The notes under the pieces are model-generated. The model searched no databases, had not been told where the DNA came from, and was given only the letters and a program-made list of their open reading frames with translations. A DNA stretch of 60,229 bases from a virus (lineage: Duplodnaviria; Caudoviricetes), in the IMG/VR virus record IMGVR_UViG_3300025101_000003, positions 1 to 60,229 of that record; one strand, given 5' to 3'. Each line of letters opens with the position of its first letter. Position 1 is the stretch's first letter. Shown here piece by piece: positions 1-8,459 of this stretch. A program made the position numbers and the translations under genes.

Positions 1-99
1 CCAGGGTCTGTTCTTGTAGACGGTCCAAGTCATGCAATGGGAGGCCACTCAAAACCAACTCATGGTTCACATGGTTCTCACGATAAGCATGACAGTCAT
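1..99. repeat. Terminal 99-bp direct repeat, copy 1 (circular assembly overlap)
   Basis: 1-99 is identical to 60131-60229. Confidence 0.97.
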
Positions 100-690
100 G
101 GTGAGCATGGCAGTCATAGTGAAAAGCCAGTAAAGAAAAAACATGCGACGTCTCACGCTAACCATTCTACATTGCCACTCGGCGCTAAAATTGATATGGG
201 TATAGAGTCTGTGGTAAAATCAGTCCCGTTGGCGAGGCAAGGGAAACAAATGCTGAACATGACTGGGGCTGGTAATATTGCCAAGGCCGCTGGTAGTGGT
301 GCTGCTGAAGCTTACTTGGGCCATGCAGCTTTTGATTCTGGGCTGACTCTCGGACAAAGACTGGGAGGCGCTTTGCCTTTCATGGGTGCCGAAGGATACA
401 GAACAGACGCAGACGCAGAGAAAGAGCTGCAACGACAGGGGGGGCAGACTTTCATGCAAAACTTAGGGGAGAATTTCCTTTATGAGCCAGGCAAAGGTCT
501 TGACCGCTTGCAGACTGCAGTAAGAAAGCTGCCGGGAGATTTATATCAAATGCAAAAAGACGCACAGAAAACCAAGGACATGGAGTTCCAGCAGAGAGCG
601 CGTCGTGGGGCAGCGGCAATGAACAAACCTGAATATGGAGACAACATTAGGATGCTCCAAGGGCTTATGGGTAACAGACAGCAATACTAG
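37..690 (+). CDS. His-rich hypothetical protein, probably virion-associated; true start likely ATG 60080 across the circular junction
   Basis: The frame from ATG 60080 (MGMLDAGRKLLGGLIHA) runs without a stop into position 1 and into this ORF; HGS/HDK tripeptide repeats. Confidence 0.75.
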   Translation: MGGHSKPTHGSHGSHDKHDSHGEHGSHSEKPVKKKHATSHANHSTLPLGAKIDMGIESVVKSVPLARQGKQMLNMTGAGNIAKAAGSGAAEAYLGHAAFDSGLTLGQRLGGALPFMGAEGYRTDADAEKELQRQGGQTFMQNLGENFLYEPGKGLDRLQTAVRKLPGDLYQMQKDAQKTKDMEFQQRARRGAAAMNKPEYGDNIRMLQGLMGNRQQY

Positions 691-757
691 ACGAAACCTC
701 TTAAATACCCTAATTTTCCACTACTTAAGGAACATAAGCAACTTGAAATTTTCCCTA

Positions 758-787
758 TTGACTTTCTTTAATAGACACGCTTACACT
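758..787 (+). promoter_or_regulatory. Putative sigma70-type promoter for the replication block
   Basis: TTGACT (758-763), 18-nt spacer, TACACT (782-787) in an AT-rich gap upstream of 825. Confidence 0.45.
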
Positions 788-824
788 GCCTCCGCAGATC
801 ACGCCCCCCCTATTACAGAAGTCA

Positions 825-1730
825 ATGGTAGCTACTCAAGAAAAGCCTCAAGCAGAAGCACCGGATCAAAGCAACGACTGTGCAGATCTTATTGCTCGCC
901 TCAATTCGTTCGTTGCAACTGTCACGGTTGGCGAACCTATAACCAAATATCACGGCGACAAGAGCCGGATAAGCTGCTCTAGCTTCAAGGACTTCTTGCA
1001 TGGTTCTGACTACTACCATGCTCGGCATGTCGACAAGACTCTTCCGGCACCGTACTCGAACTCTTTGACTCACGGTACTCTACTTCATCACTGGTTTGAA
1101 ACGGCAGACGACGACCTGTCTTTTGCTATTTCGCCCCCTTCTTCAATGCTAACTAGCACGGGAGCGATTGGGAAGAAGGCTAAGGACTGGGCTAAAGAAA
1201 ACTGTCCTGACTGCATGATAGTAGGCCCCAAGGAAAAAGATCAGCTTGCTTGGGAGGTGAAGAATCTGCTACAAAACAGAGCGTTCTGTGAATGGCGGGA
1301 ACAGATCGTTCTTGCCGAAGCAAGCATTCGCTTTGAGGGACCAGAGGGGATTCTGATGCGGACTCGATTTGACGCCGCTACGCTTCTGCGATGGCTAGAC
1401 CTCAAGACGACTAAAGAAACAGACATATTGGGAGGTGGATTTGCCAAGAGCGTTAGGACGTTTGGTTATGACATTCAGGACGCATGGTATCAAATGGCGA
1501 TGGAAGCTTGCGGCCTTGACCCCCAGCCCCTCGTTTTTATTGTAGTTTCTACAGTCCCCCCTCACAGAACACAGTGCCTGACGCTGCCACAAGATGCGGT
1601 GCGGAAGGCAAAAGACGTTGTGCTTAGAGGTCTTGCCGATCTCCGTCTAAGAAGAGAACTCGACTGGTGGTTGCCGGATACCACTAACGAAACCGTGGAA
1701 ATGAACTATCCGGATTTCTATAGGAGATAG
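825..1730 (+). CDS. RecE/exonuclease VIII-like PD-(D/E)XK nuclease (DUF3799-like)
   Basis: ISCSSFK, HGTLLH, RFD..DLKTT, YDIQDAWY motifs; next to an ERF gene. Confidence 0.85.
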   Translation: MVATQEKPQAEAPDQSNDCADLIARLNSFVATVTVGEPITKYHGDKSRISCSSFKDFLHGSDYYHARHVDKTLPAPYSNSLTHGTLLHHWFETADDDLSFAISPPSSMLTSTGAIGKKAKDWAKENCPDCMIVGPKEKDQLAWEVKNLLQNRAFCEWREQIVLAEASIRFEGPEGILMRTRFDAATLLRWLDLKTTKETDILGGGFAKSVRTFGYDIQDAWYQMAMEACGLDPQPLVFIVVSTVPPHRTQCLTLPQDAVRKAKDVVLRGLADLRLRRELDWWLPDTTNETVEMNYPDFYRR

Positions 1731-1733
1731 AGA

Positions 1734-2318
1734 ATGGAACGACCAACTTTATTTGGCGAGCGTTCGCAAAGCATTGGAGAGCTTACTAAGGCTCACGCGA
1801 AGGCTATTGGAGAAATGCGAAATGCCCCTCGCAATCATCAAGGTCACTTCGGAAAGTATGCTGACCTCGGAGATATTATTGACGCGATTCGCAAACCTTT
1901 TTCGTCTAACGGCCTGAGGTTCTCACAAGAGTTTCAGCCGTTCGGTGATCAGTGGGTTCTTGTCACAGAGCTTTCTCACGTTAGCGGCGAGTGGCAGCGA
2001 TCTGCATTGCCTATCAATCATCGTCTTAAGCCTCAAGATTTCGCAGCGTCAGCAACATACATGAAGCGAATTGCGTTGTCTGCGATAGCAGGTATTGCGG
2101 CGGAGGACGAAGACGACGGCACTGTCGCTCAAACTTCCGCGATGGTTAGTGAAGTCGATGACCGCATTCGTTATGAGAAGATCATCCGCGAAAAGTGGGA
2201 TGCTGCTGACACGGAAGAGAAGAAGGAACAGGTTATTGCCCGTGCCATAAAGGGCGTTGAGAAGGGCATGATTAGTAATCAATTTGTTGAGTCATTGCAA
2301 GCCGCACCGCAAGCATGA
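1734..2318 (+). CDS. erf: ERF-family single-strand annealing protein
   Basis: KYADLGDI, L.HVSGEW, TYMKRIAL..IAGIAAEDEDDG signature. Confidence 0.9.
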   Translation: MERPTLFGERSQSIGELTKAHAKAIGEMRNAPRNHQGHFGKYADLGDIIDAIRKPFSSNGLRFSQEFQPFGDQWVLVTELSHVSGEWQRSALPINHRLKPQDFAASATYMKRIALSAIAGIAAEDEDDGTVAQTSAMVSEVDDRIRYEKIIREKWDAADTEEKKEQVIARAIKGVEKGMISNQFVESLQAAPQA

Positions 2319-2396
2319 ACGCGGGTCTCCTATGCGCTGCGCGGTCCAGCGCCCAACATGCAAGGCCGCAACCATACACTTTAATTAGGAGATGAA

Positions 2397-2660
2397 ATGA
2401 TTGACAGTAAGTTAGTAGACGAAGCTCGTGCTTTCGTGACGGTTATTGGGTCGGGCAGATCAGAGCTAAGCTATGAGCAGATTAGGCTTGCTTTCCTTAG
2501 ACTTGTGCCTGACTTGATTGCCGAAGTAGAGATCATGTCGGCCATTCAAATGAGCCTTCCTGTGCCGAAGAAACCGAGGGTTCACAGTGCCCCTAAGAAG
2601 AAACGGGCTGCAAGAAAGACTACAAAGCGAAAGGCCGCCAAGCGTAAGACGAAGAAATGA
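2397..2660 (+). CDS. Hypothetical protein with Lys/Arg-rich histone-like C-terminal tail
   Basis: AGGAG RBS; tail KKKRAARKTTKRKAAKRKTKK. Confidence 0.7.
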   Translation: MIDSKLVDEARAFVTVIGSGRSELSYEQIRLAFLRLVPDLIAEVEIMSAIQMSLPVPKKPRVHSAPKKKRAARKTTKRKAAKRKTKK

Positions 2661-4168
2661 AAACACCAAGAGATTACCAAGGAAGGTCTTTTGGTGTGGT
2701 TGTGGACAGGGCAACACAGGGTCATCGGAAGACACTCATTGACTTAGCAACTGGAATGGGCAAGACGTACATTATGTGTATGTTGGCTGCTGCTGCAAAG
2801 AAGCCGCTGCTCATCACGAACAGTTTGCCGATCATGAAGCAGGTGCTAAACGCTCTGTCTATTCACTTAGACCAAGACGTGGACTTAGAGCAAGCTGAGA
2901 ACTTTATTAGCAACAGTCCTATATTTAGACGCAAAGCCCAAGTTGCTAGCAAGGACTCGTTACTTCGAGGCAGGTATAAGCGAGAAGCCTTTAAGGACAG
3001 GACTATTGTTCTAGTCGACGAGGTTCATCACGGTTGCTCTAGTCCACGATTCATTGAGATGATGGAATACTTTGAGAGCATCGGTGCTTTCATTGTTGGG
3101 TTTTCTGCTACGCCGTACAAGGGCAACGGATTGCCTTTGCCATACTGGGGCCGTCCAGATTTTTCGTACTCGTTCCGCGATGCTGTCAGGGATGGTTGGC
3201 TTGTTCCTGAAGAGTGTGTTATTAGCGAAGCAATTTCTCATGACCTTTCGGCAGTCAAGACAGTGCAGGGTGATTTCCATAGCGGTCAACTAGAAGCCAT
3301 ATTATGCGAAGAGCAAGCTGTGCAGGAGGCTTCCAGTCTTGTGCTGCAGACATTTAATGGTCAGCCTAGCGTCATTTATTGCAGCGGTAAGAGACAGGCA
3401 GTCTTGCTGTTCGAGGTGTTTGAGCGATACGGTGCGACTGTTTCCATTGTTCACGACGGACAGACACAAGCCGAAAGATTCATGAACATGCAGATGTTTG
3501 AGACCGGCGAGTCGAAGATTATCATCAGCATTGATGTCTTGGGGTTTGGTTGGAATTTTCCTGAGCTCAGGAATATCTACAACTTGGCTCCAACGAAGTC
3601 TGTCACGAGAATATTGCAGCGTTTAGGACGTGGGGCCCGGACTAGGGACGCGGTACTCAAGGAAGGTATGACTCGCGAAGAACGTCTATCGGCCATTGCA
3701 GCCGACGAGAAGGACCATTTCAAGTGGTATGACGGAACAGAAACAATTTCTGGCTTCCAGATGAAGTCGACTCACGAGATAATGAACGAGGCGGAGGAAA
3801 GGGAACGCAACAAGAGAAGAAGAAGGGGTGTCCGGAAGAACAAGGGAGAAGGCAGCAATGAAGATTACGAGCCATCTGAGTATGATCCGGACGAACGTCG
3901 TGAACGTCGGCAAGGGATCGTTGTTGGTCACAGCTTTCAGCATGCCGACCGTGATTTAGATACAGCTCCAACCAAGAAGAAGCGTGGGTGGAGAATGCTT
4001 TGGGGTCCTCACAAAGGGAAGCTGATTGCAGACCTGCCGACAAGCTATTTGCAGAACGTGCTTCGGAATCGAAGGGTTCCTAAGACAGAAGAAGGAAAAC
4101 GCAAACATAAAGAGCCGCCGATTTACTCTGGAATCCGAAGAGAACTTCAGCTCAGAGAGGCTGTCTGA
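2657..4168 (+). CDS. Superfamily 2 (DExH) helicase with a short C-terminal DUF3820-like motif
   Basis: PRDYQ, ATGMGKT (Walker A), DEVH, SATP, QRLGRGAR; C-terminal WGPHKGKLIADLPTSYL. Confidence 0.92.
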   Translation: MKTPRDYQGRSFGVVVDRATQGHRKTLIDLATGMGKTYIMCMLAAAAKKPLLITNSLPIMKQVLNALSIHLDQDVDLEQAENFISNSPIFRRKAQVASKDSLLRGRYKREAFKDRTIVLVDEVHHGCSSPRFIEMMEYFESIGAFIVGFSATPYKGNGLPLPYWGRPDFSYSFRDAVRDGWLVPEECVISEAISHDLSAVKTVQGDFHSGQLEAILCEEQAVQEASSLVLQTFNGQPSVIYCSGKRQAVLLFEVFERYGATVSIVHDGQTQAERFMNMQMFETGESKIIISIDVLGFGWNFPELRNIYNLAPTKSVTRILQRLGRGARTRDAVLKEGMTREERLSAIAADEKDHFKWYDGTETISGFQMKSTHEIMNEAEERERNKRRRRGVRKNKGEGSNEDYEPSEYDPDERRERRQGIVVGHSFQHADRDLDTAPTKKKRGWRMLWGPHKGKLIADLPTSYLQNVLRNRRVPKTEEGKRKHKEPPIYSGIRRELQLREAV

Positions 4169-4557
4169 TGTACGACAAGCTCAAGACAACTCAGGTTGGT
4201 CAGATAGGGGTTTTACTTGTGATGGCCGACTTAATCCGTCACGGATTTGAAGTTGCTGTTCCTGTTAATGACATGGGATTTGACCTTCTTGTGTCGGAGG
4301 GGTCAGACTACTGGCGACTGCAAGTAAAGTCGCATTACAATCCCAAGCGAAATTTGGTGAGGACTAGGAGGTCTAGGGTTTCAGGCAAGCAACGCCCCTA
4401 CGATAAGGATGTGGTTGACGCATTCGCGTTTATCTGCCTTAAGACGGGTGACGTACAGGTTGCTTCGATAGGAGACCTTGAAGGAAGAACCGGCATTACC
4501 ATAACATCAGACCTTCTTGCGTCAATAGACACATTGAGAGAGATAGATCCACATTAG
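4168..4557 (+). CDS. PD-(D/E)XK endonuclease resembling the group I intron-associated family
   Basis: GFEVAVP...FDLLV...RLQVKS...Y..DVVDAF. Confidence 0.75.
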   Translation: MYDKLKTTQVGQIGVLLVMADLIRHGFEVAVPVNDMGFDLLVSEGSDYWRLQVKSHYNPKRNLVRTRRSRVSGKQRPYDKDVVDAFAFICLKTGDVQVASIGDLEGRTGITITSDLLASIDTLREIDPH

Positions 4558-4574
4558 CTGTTACATTTTCTCGT

Positions 4575-4800
4575 ACGGACCAGCGAACAGAAATTAAAAC
4601 CGTCGAGCATAAATAAGCTGCCTTGAACTTGATCAGGCAGGTAGTTGACCTCGCTTGAAATCCCGGCAACGAGTTGGTATTAGATCCAACACAACCCCCG
4701 CGTCCGGTGTCAGAGCTGAAACTTAGAAGACTAAGGGTGAGGTTGGCTCTCCTAAGGACAGGAGTGAATGGAAGTTATCCCCTTTCAGCAGGGAGGGGGT
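4575..4800 (+). ncRNA. Candidate structured non-coding RNA or origin-associated structure
   Basis: ORF-free gap; 12-bp long-range helix 4643-4654/4737-4748 enclosing several hairpins, with flanking hairpins. Confidence 0.45.
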
Positions 4801-4816
4801 GTACACGGAGGACATT

Positions 4817-5119
4817 ATGTCGATGCACGAAATAGGAATCTTAACCGCGTCCGACGCCAACGACGAGAGTCTGTTCGCAACGATGTACGATGGCGTAAAC
4901 GGGAGTCTTGTCCGGGTCTACGGAGAGGACGGCGGACTCGATATTGAGTTTGGGAACAGTGACTTTGAGCTACAGGAAAACAGCAGCATTATCGTGCGGA
5001 CAAGTGGGGTGCTTCAGTTCACCTCGTCGTCCGAGGTACTGCATCTGTCGATGTGGTTTGAGCGAGCTGCTATGTGGCTAGCGATGATGGAAGAGCAACA
5101 AGGAGAAGGTGATTATTGA
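4817..5119 (+). CDS. Hypothetical acidic protein
   Basis: GGAGG RBS before ATG 4817; coupled to next ORF. Confidence 0.65.
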   Translation: MSMHEIGILTASDANDESLFATMYDGVNGSLVRVYGEDGGLDIEFGNSDFELQENSSIIVRTSGVLQFTSSSEVLHLSMWFERAAMWLAMMEEQQGEGDY

Positions 5120-5289
5120 TGTGCGCAGTTGGAGACTTGGCAGAGGTTGTTGTGAAACATGCACCGTTTCAAACAGCCGTGGCTGATGGCGGGTTATTGG
5201 TTTCAGAATTTGCAAATGAAGAACACGCAGCAGAGTTTGTGCAAGCTCTCGAAAAGTTGTGTGAACACTGTAAGAAAGAACCAGGATGA
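5119..5289 (+). CDS. Small hypothetical protein (56 aa, MCAVGDLAEVVV...)
   Basis: Fills the gap with TGATG and ATGA overlaps at its two ends; below the ORF-track cutoff. Confidence 0.6.
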   Translation: MCAVGDLAEVVVKHAPFQTAVADGGLLVSEFANEEHAAEFVQALEKLCEHCKKEPG

Positions 5290-5993
5290 GCAATGAAACA
5301 CTCGGACAATTTGCAGAGCAGTTCCAGTACTGCGCAGTTTGCTGGTCCCCGGAAGGGCTGCACATTCACCACATCGTCGGGGGTGCAGGGCGTCGACACG
5401 AGCGTTACAACCTCGTCCGATTATGTCACACCTGCCACCATAAAGTTCATTCCGTCTCAGGACGGGAAGGCTTGTCGCATGGTGCCGTCCTCAACGCGAA
5501 GAGGCTGTGTGACGACTCGTTTTATTCGCCTCGGTCCTTGGCTGCTTTGCGTCACAGGCAAGCTCTCCCGTATAGTCTCGAGCCTTTGCCGGACTGGGCG
5601 AAGGATATCCGCAAGGGTTATGATCCTTTTATTGGGGAGGAATTAATGCCTATCAATTCTAGGAGGAAGGGGAAAGCCCGAGAGCTAGAGCTGGTACACA
5701 AGCTCAAAGACATTCTTCCAGCGTCCGGGGCTCGTCGTGCCCAGCAGTATTCGGGGACTGAGAGTGCCAGTGATGTGATAGCGACAGGGCTAAGCGGTTT
5801 GTGGATTGAGTGCAAAGGCGTTCAGAATTTGAATTTACACAAGACGATGGATACGTCTGTTGAGCAGTGCGGGGAACTCGTTCCTGTCGTGTGTCACAGG
5901 AAGAACGGAACTGGTTGGCTCGTTTCGGTTCGCATTGAAGATCTTATTGAGTTTGCAGAGGAGGTCGTTCAATGCCGAAAAAGAAGCGCCTAA
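5286..5993 (+). CDS. HNH endonuclease domain fused in frame to a Holliday-junction-resolvase-like PD-(D/E)XK domain
   Basis: CAVC..HIHHI..NLVRLCHTCH; from Met 5646: NSRRKGKARE..SDV..IECK..PVVCHRKN. Confidence 0.8.
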   Translation: MSNETLGQFAEQFQYCAVCWSPEGLHIHHIVGGAGRRHERYNLVRLCHTCHHKVHSVSGREGLSHGAVLNAKRLCDDSFYSPRSLAALRHRQALPYSLEPLPDWAKDIRKGYDPFIGEELMPINSRRKGKARELELVHKLKDILPASGARRAQQYSGTESASDVIATGLSGLWIECKGVQNLNLHKTMDTSVEQCGELVPVVCHRKNGTGWLVSVRIEDLIEFAEEVVQCRKRSA

Positions 5994-6304
5994 AGCTTTA
6001 CCCAAGAACAAAGAAGTGGTTGCGCCGCAATTACCCTTTGCCTTGGCCGTGTCGTATACGCCTCACAGACGAGGGTACCATCAAGGGTTTGCTTGGTCAG
6101 TTCTTGCATGACGGTGAGCGTGGTCTTATTCGCATCTGCAAACAAAGCCCCATGCCAATACAGGCCGAGACGCTAATAGAAGAGTATGCACATGCCCTAA
6201 GACACGCACTTCCTGTCGACGTTGACTATGATGGTGAGCCGCATGATGCAATCTTTTGGGCAATCTACGGAGAGTTAATTAATAAGTGGAGGTCAAATTG
6301 CTAG
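5972..6304 (+). CDS. Zincin/metallopeptidase-like small protein with degenerate motif
   Basis: TLIEEYAHAL...H...FW, an HExxH-like pattern with the first His replaced by Glu. Confidence 0.5.
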   Translation: MPKKKRLKLYPRTKKWLRRNYPLPWPCRIRLTDEGTIKGLLGQFLHDGERGLIRICKQSPMPIQAETLIEEYAHALRHALPVDVDYDGEPHDAIFWAIYGELINKWRSNC

Positions 6305-6786
6305 ACGTTGAATTGACGCTTACTGAGTTTCATGCTGCAGTCTCTGTCGGTATGCAGCGGTTGATTGAAAGCTCTGCATTAAGGCTAAACGCTCACAACG
6401 TGGGTGTGTCTAGGACTTGGATGGAAAGGCTGGGTGACGAAGTTCGTGGCGCACTCGGAGAGATAGCTTGGGCTAAGCACAGGAACCAATTCTTCTGTGG
6501 CAGCTGCGGGACATTCCATCACGAGCCTGATGTCCAGGGTGTGGAAGTGCGTTCGATGAGAAGACCAAACGACTCGCTGATTGTTCGCAGTAATGATGTT
6601 GCCGAACGACCGTTCGTTCTGTCTTATGCGACAGGCGAAAAGGTTAGCTTTATGGGATGGATATATGCGAAAGATGGCATGATAGATAAGTTTAAGAAAG
6701 CACCTCGTGGTGGAAACGAGGCATGGTTTATACCGCAAAGAGCACTAAATGACTTCTCTAGTTTTCCTTATCACGAAAGGGGGTAG
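6286..6786 (+). CDS. Hypothetical protein, possibly PD-(D/E)XK fold
   Basis: GALGEIAW...PDV..VEVRS...GWI pattern. Confidence 0.55.
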   Translation: MEVKLLDVELTLTEFHAAVSVGMQRLIESSALRLNAHNVGVSRTWMERLGDEVRGALGEIAWAKHRNQFFCGSCGTFHHEPDVQGVEVRSMRRPNDSLIVRSNDVAERPFVLSYATGEKVSFMGWIYAKDGMIDKFKKAPRGGNEAWFIPQRALNDFSSFPYHERG

Positions 6787-6845
6787 ACATGCTGACAGCC
6801 AATAGATACAACGAGCAGCTGGTCAATAGAATAAAGGAGAAAAGC

Positions 6846-7220
6846 ATGAGCAAAGAACCGAAGAAGGTGAAGCTCGGTAATACTGTAGAGTATGAGACTG
6901 GAGCCGTGCGTTCCAGTGACGCCGAGCCTTATCGTTTTGATTTAATTAGTCCGGTTGGTTTGAAGGCAGTTGCAAGAGCGTGTGCTGAAGGTGCGAAGAA
7001 GTACAGCGACTTCAACTGGGAGGCCGGGATGCCTGTGAATGATTTACTTAATCATGCCATTAGGCACATTTACGAATACCTGTCTGGAGACAGGGACGAG
7101 GATCACCTTGGGCATGCCGCATGGAATGTCATTGGTGCTATACACTCCGTTGAGCTTTGGCCTGATATCAACGAGGGTGCTTTACGAGAGCAAGGCTGCA
7201 AACCCCCTGTTAAGGAGTAA
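6846..7220 (+). CDS. dATP/dGTP diphosphohydrolase domain protein (DUF5664-like)
   Basis: RFDLI, GAKKYSDFNWEAG, HAIRH, EDHLGHAAWN; AAGGAG RBS before ATG 6846 (ORF track starts at 6789). Confidence 0.8.
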   Translation: MSKEPKKVKLGNTVEYETGAVRSSDAEPYRFDLISPVGLKAVARACAEGAKKYSDFNWEAGMPVNDLLNHAIRHIYEYLSGDRDEDHLGHAAWNVIGAIHSVELWPDINEGALREQGCKPPVKE

Positions 7221-7223
7221 GTT

Positions 7224-7592
7224 ATGGAAGGTTTGAATCAGTGTACCTTTACTGGAAACGTGACGAGAGATGCAACAGTTCGCAAAGTTAATGACAAGGA
7301 TGTCGCAAGCTTTGGTATTGCTGTGAACGGTCGTCAGAACCAAGACGTCCTTTGGGTCGACTGCAGTTACTGGCGTCCGAATGGTGTGATTGAGTACATC
7401 AAGAAAGGCAAGCCGATTCTTGTAAGTGGGAATGTTCAGCTGAACACCTACGACTCGAAGTCCGGCGAAGTTAAAGCGGTGCTACGCTTGAATGTACAGA
7501 AGCTATTGCTGCTTGGAAGCGGTGGTGGCAATTCCTCAAATGCCGTGCCAGTTGGCGCTCAAGGCAAGGAGGATGACTGGGGTGGTTTCTAA
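7224..7592 (+). CDS. ssb: Single-stranded DNA-binding protein
   Basis: NQCTFTGNVTRD, FGIAVN, KKGKPILVSG; acidic tail EDDWGGF. Confidence 0.92.
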   Translation: MEGLNQCTFTGNVTRDATVRKVNDKDVASFGIAVNGRQNQDVLWVDCSYWRPNGVIEYIKKGKPILVSGNVQLNTYDSKSGEVKAVLRLNVQKLLLLGSGGGNSSNAVPVGAQGKEDDWGGF

Positions 7593-7596
7593 CGCA

Positions 7597-7992
7597 ATGG
7601 ATTGCATTGAGATCGGGGGCCCCAAGGAAGGGGCCTCCGGTTTTTCTGAAGACACTAACTACACAGGCGTCAAAAGATTCGCTGCGACCGTGATGTCTCA
7701 GGCCATCAAGTCTTCTAGGTTTGTCGCTGAACAGGCTCGCACGTTCCCTCAGGGCTCCCGTATGCCATTCAGTAGGGTTGTTGACGATAAGCTGCTAGAC
7801 GGCTGTGCTGCGTGGCTGTGGATGTCAGGAGAGGGAAGTAGGGACCTTACGTTTGAAGAGTGCTCATGGGCTACTGGCCTTGACCCAGACTGGGTGCGGG
7901 AGAAAGTAATGCTCCCGTACGGGGATTTAGGGGACATAAATAAATGGGTCCAAGAAAGGGCCAATTCCCTTGGTCCTCTTTGGGGCGATTGA
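7597..7992 (+). CDS. Hypothetical protein, possible transcription regulator
   Basis: AATVMSQAI..AWLW..TFEECSWATGLDPDWVR pattern recalled from phage proteins. Confidence 0.55.
   Translation: MDCIEIGGPKEGASGFSEDTNYTGVKRFAATVMSQAIKSSRFVAEQARTFPQGSRMPFSRVVDDKLLDGCAAWLWMSGEGSRDLTFEECSWATGLDPDWVREKVMLPYGDLGDINKWVQERANSLGPLWGD
7919..7942 (+). promoter_or_regulatory. Candidate late promoter motif, copy 1
   Basis: ACGG-N9-GGACATAAATA; related motifs at 23411 and 48198. Confidence 0.4.
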
Positions 7993-7997
7993 GTTGC

Positions 7998-8267
7998 ATG
8001 GAAAACACGTACAGGCAGTCCGGCAAATTTCCGCAGCACATGGCATCGTTGAGTCGTATAAACAACTTGCGTCAGCTTGCGAAGGTTAGCCCTACTGATA
8101 CGAATGTGGAGGCGGCTTACGACGCAATGCTTGGTATCGCATCTCACATGTCGTGGTTGCCTGAAGATCTAGGTGATCGAATGCCAACGCTTCAAGAACT
8201 AGAACGCGCCGTGGACCGTGGGACGCAAAATATAGTCAATGCTCAAAACGCTACGATGGGTGGATGA
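7998..8267 (+). CDS. Hypothetical protein
   Basis: Open frame between coupled genes; start 7998 or 7944. Confidence 0.55.
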   Translation: MENTYRQSGKFPQHMASLSRINNLRQLAKVSPTDTNVEAAYDAMLGIASHMSWLPEDLGDRMPTLQELERAVDRGTQNIVNAQNATMGG

Positions 8268-8458
8268 TGGCAGACAAAGCAGGTGACCGAGTACGCAAAG
8301 CTAAGGGTTCGGGTATGACTGAGCGTCAATCTGATGCGTTAAAAAGACACGCTAGTCATCATACACCCGAACACATGAAGGTCATGATGAGTGCAATGCG
8401 TTCAGGTAAAACCTTTAGTGAAGCTCACCAAATAGCCATGAGTAAAGTAGGTAAATAA
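8264..8458 (+). CDS. Small basic phage protein
   Basis: HASHHT..HM..M...G.TF.EAH..AM.KVGK pattern. Confidence 0.75.
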   Translation: MMADKAGDRVRKAKGSGMTERQSDALKRHASHHTPEHMKVMMSAMRSGKTFSEAHQIAMSKVGK

Positions 8459-8459
8459 G

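Noticed and set aside
1-99. Biological direct terminal repeat
   Set aside because: It falls mid-gene, and 99 nt fits an assembler k-mer overlap.
2319-2396. tRNA in this GC-rich gap
   Set aside because: Only a GCGCTG/CAGCGC hairpin; no cloverleaf or TTCG T-loop. No tRNA was recognised anywhere in the window.
4168-4800. Group I intron containing the endonuclease
   Set aside because: No interrupted host gene, and I could not identify the conserved P7 core.
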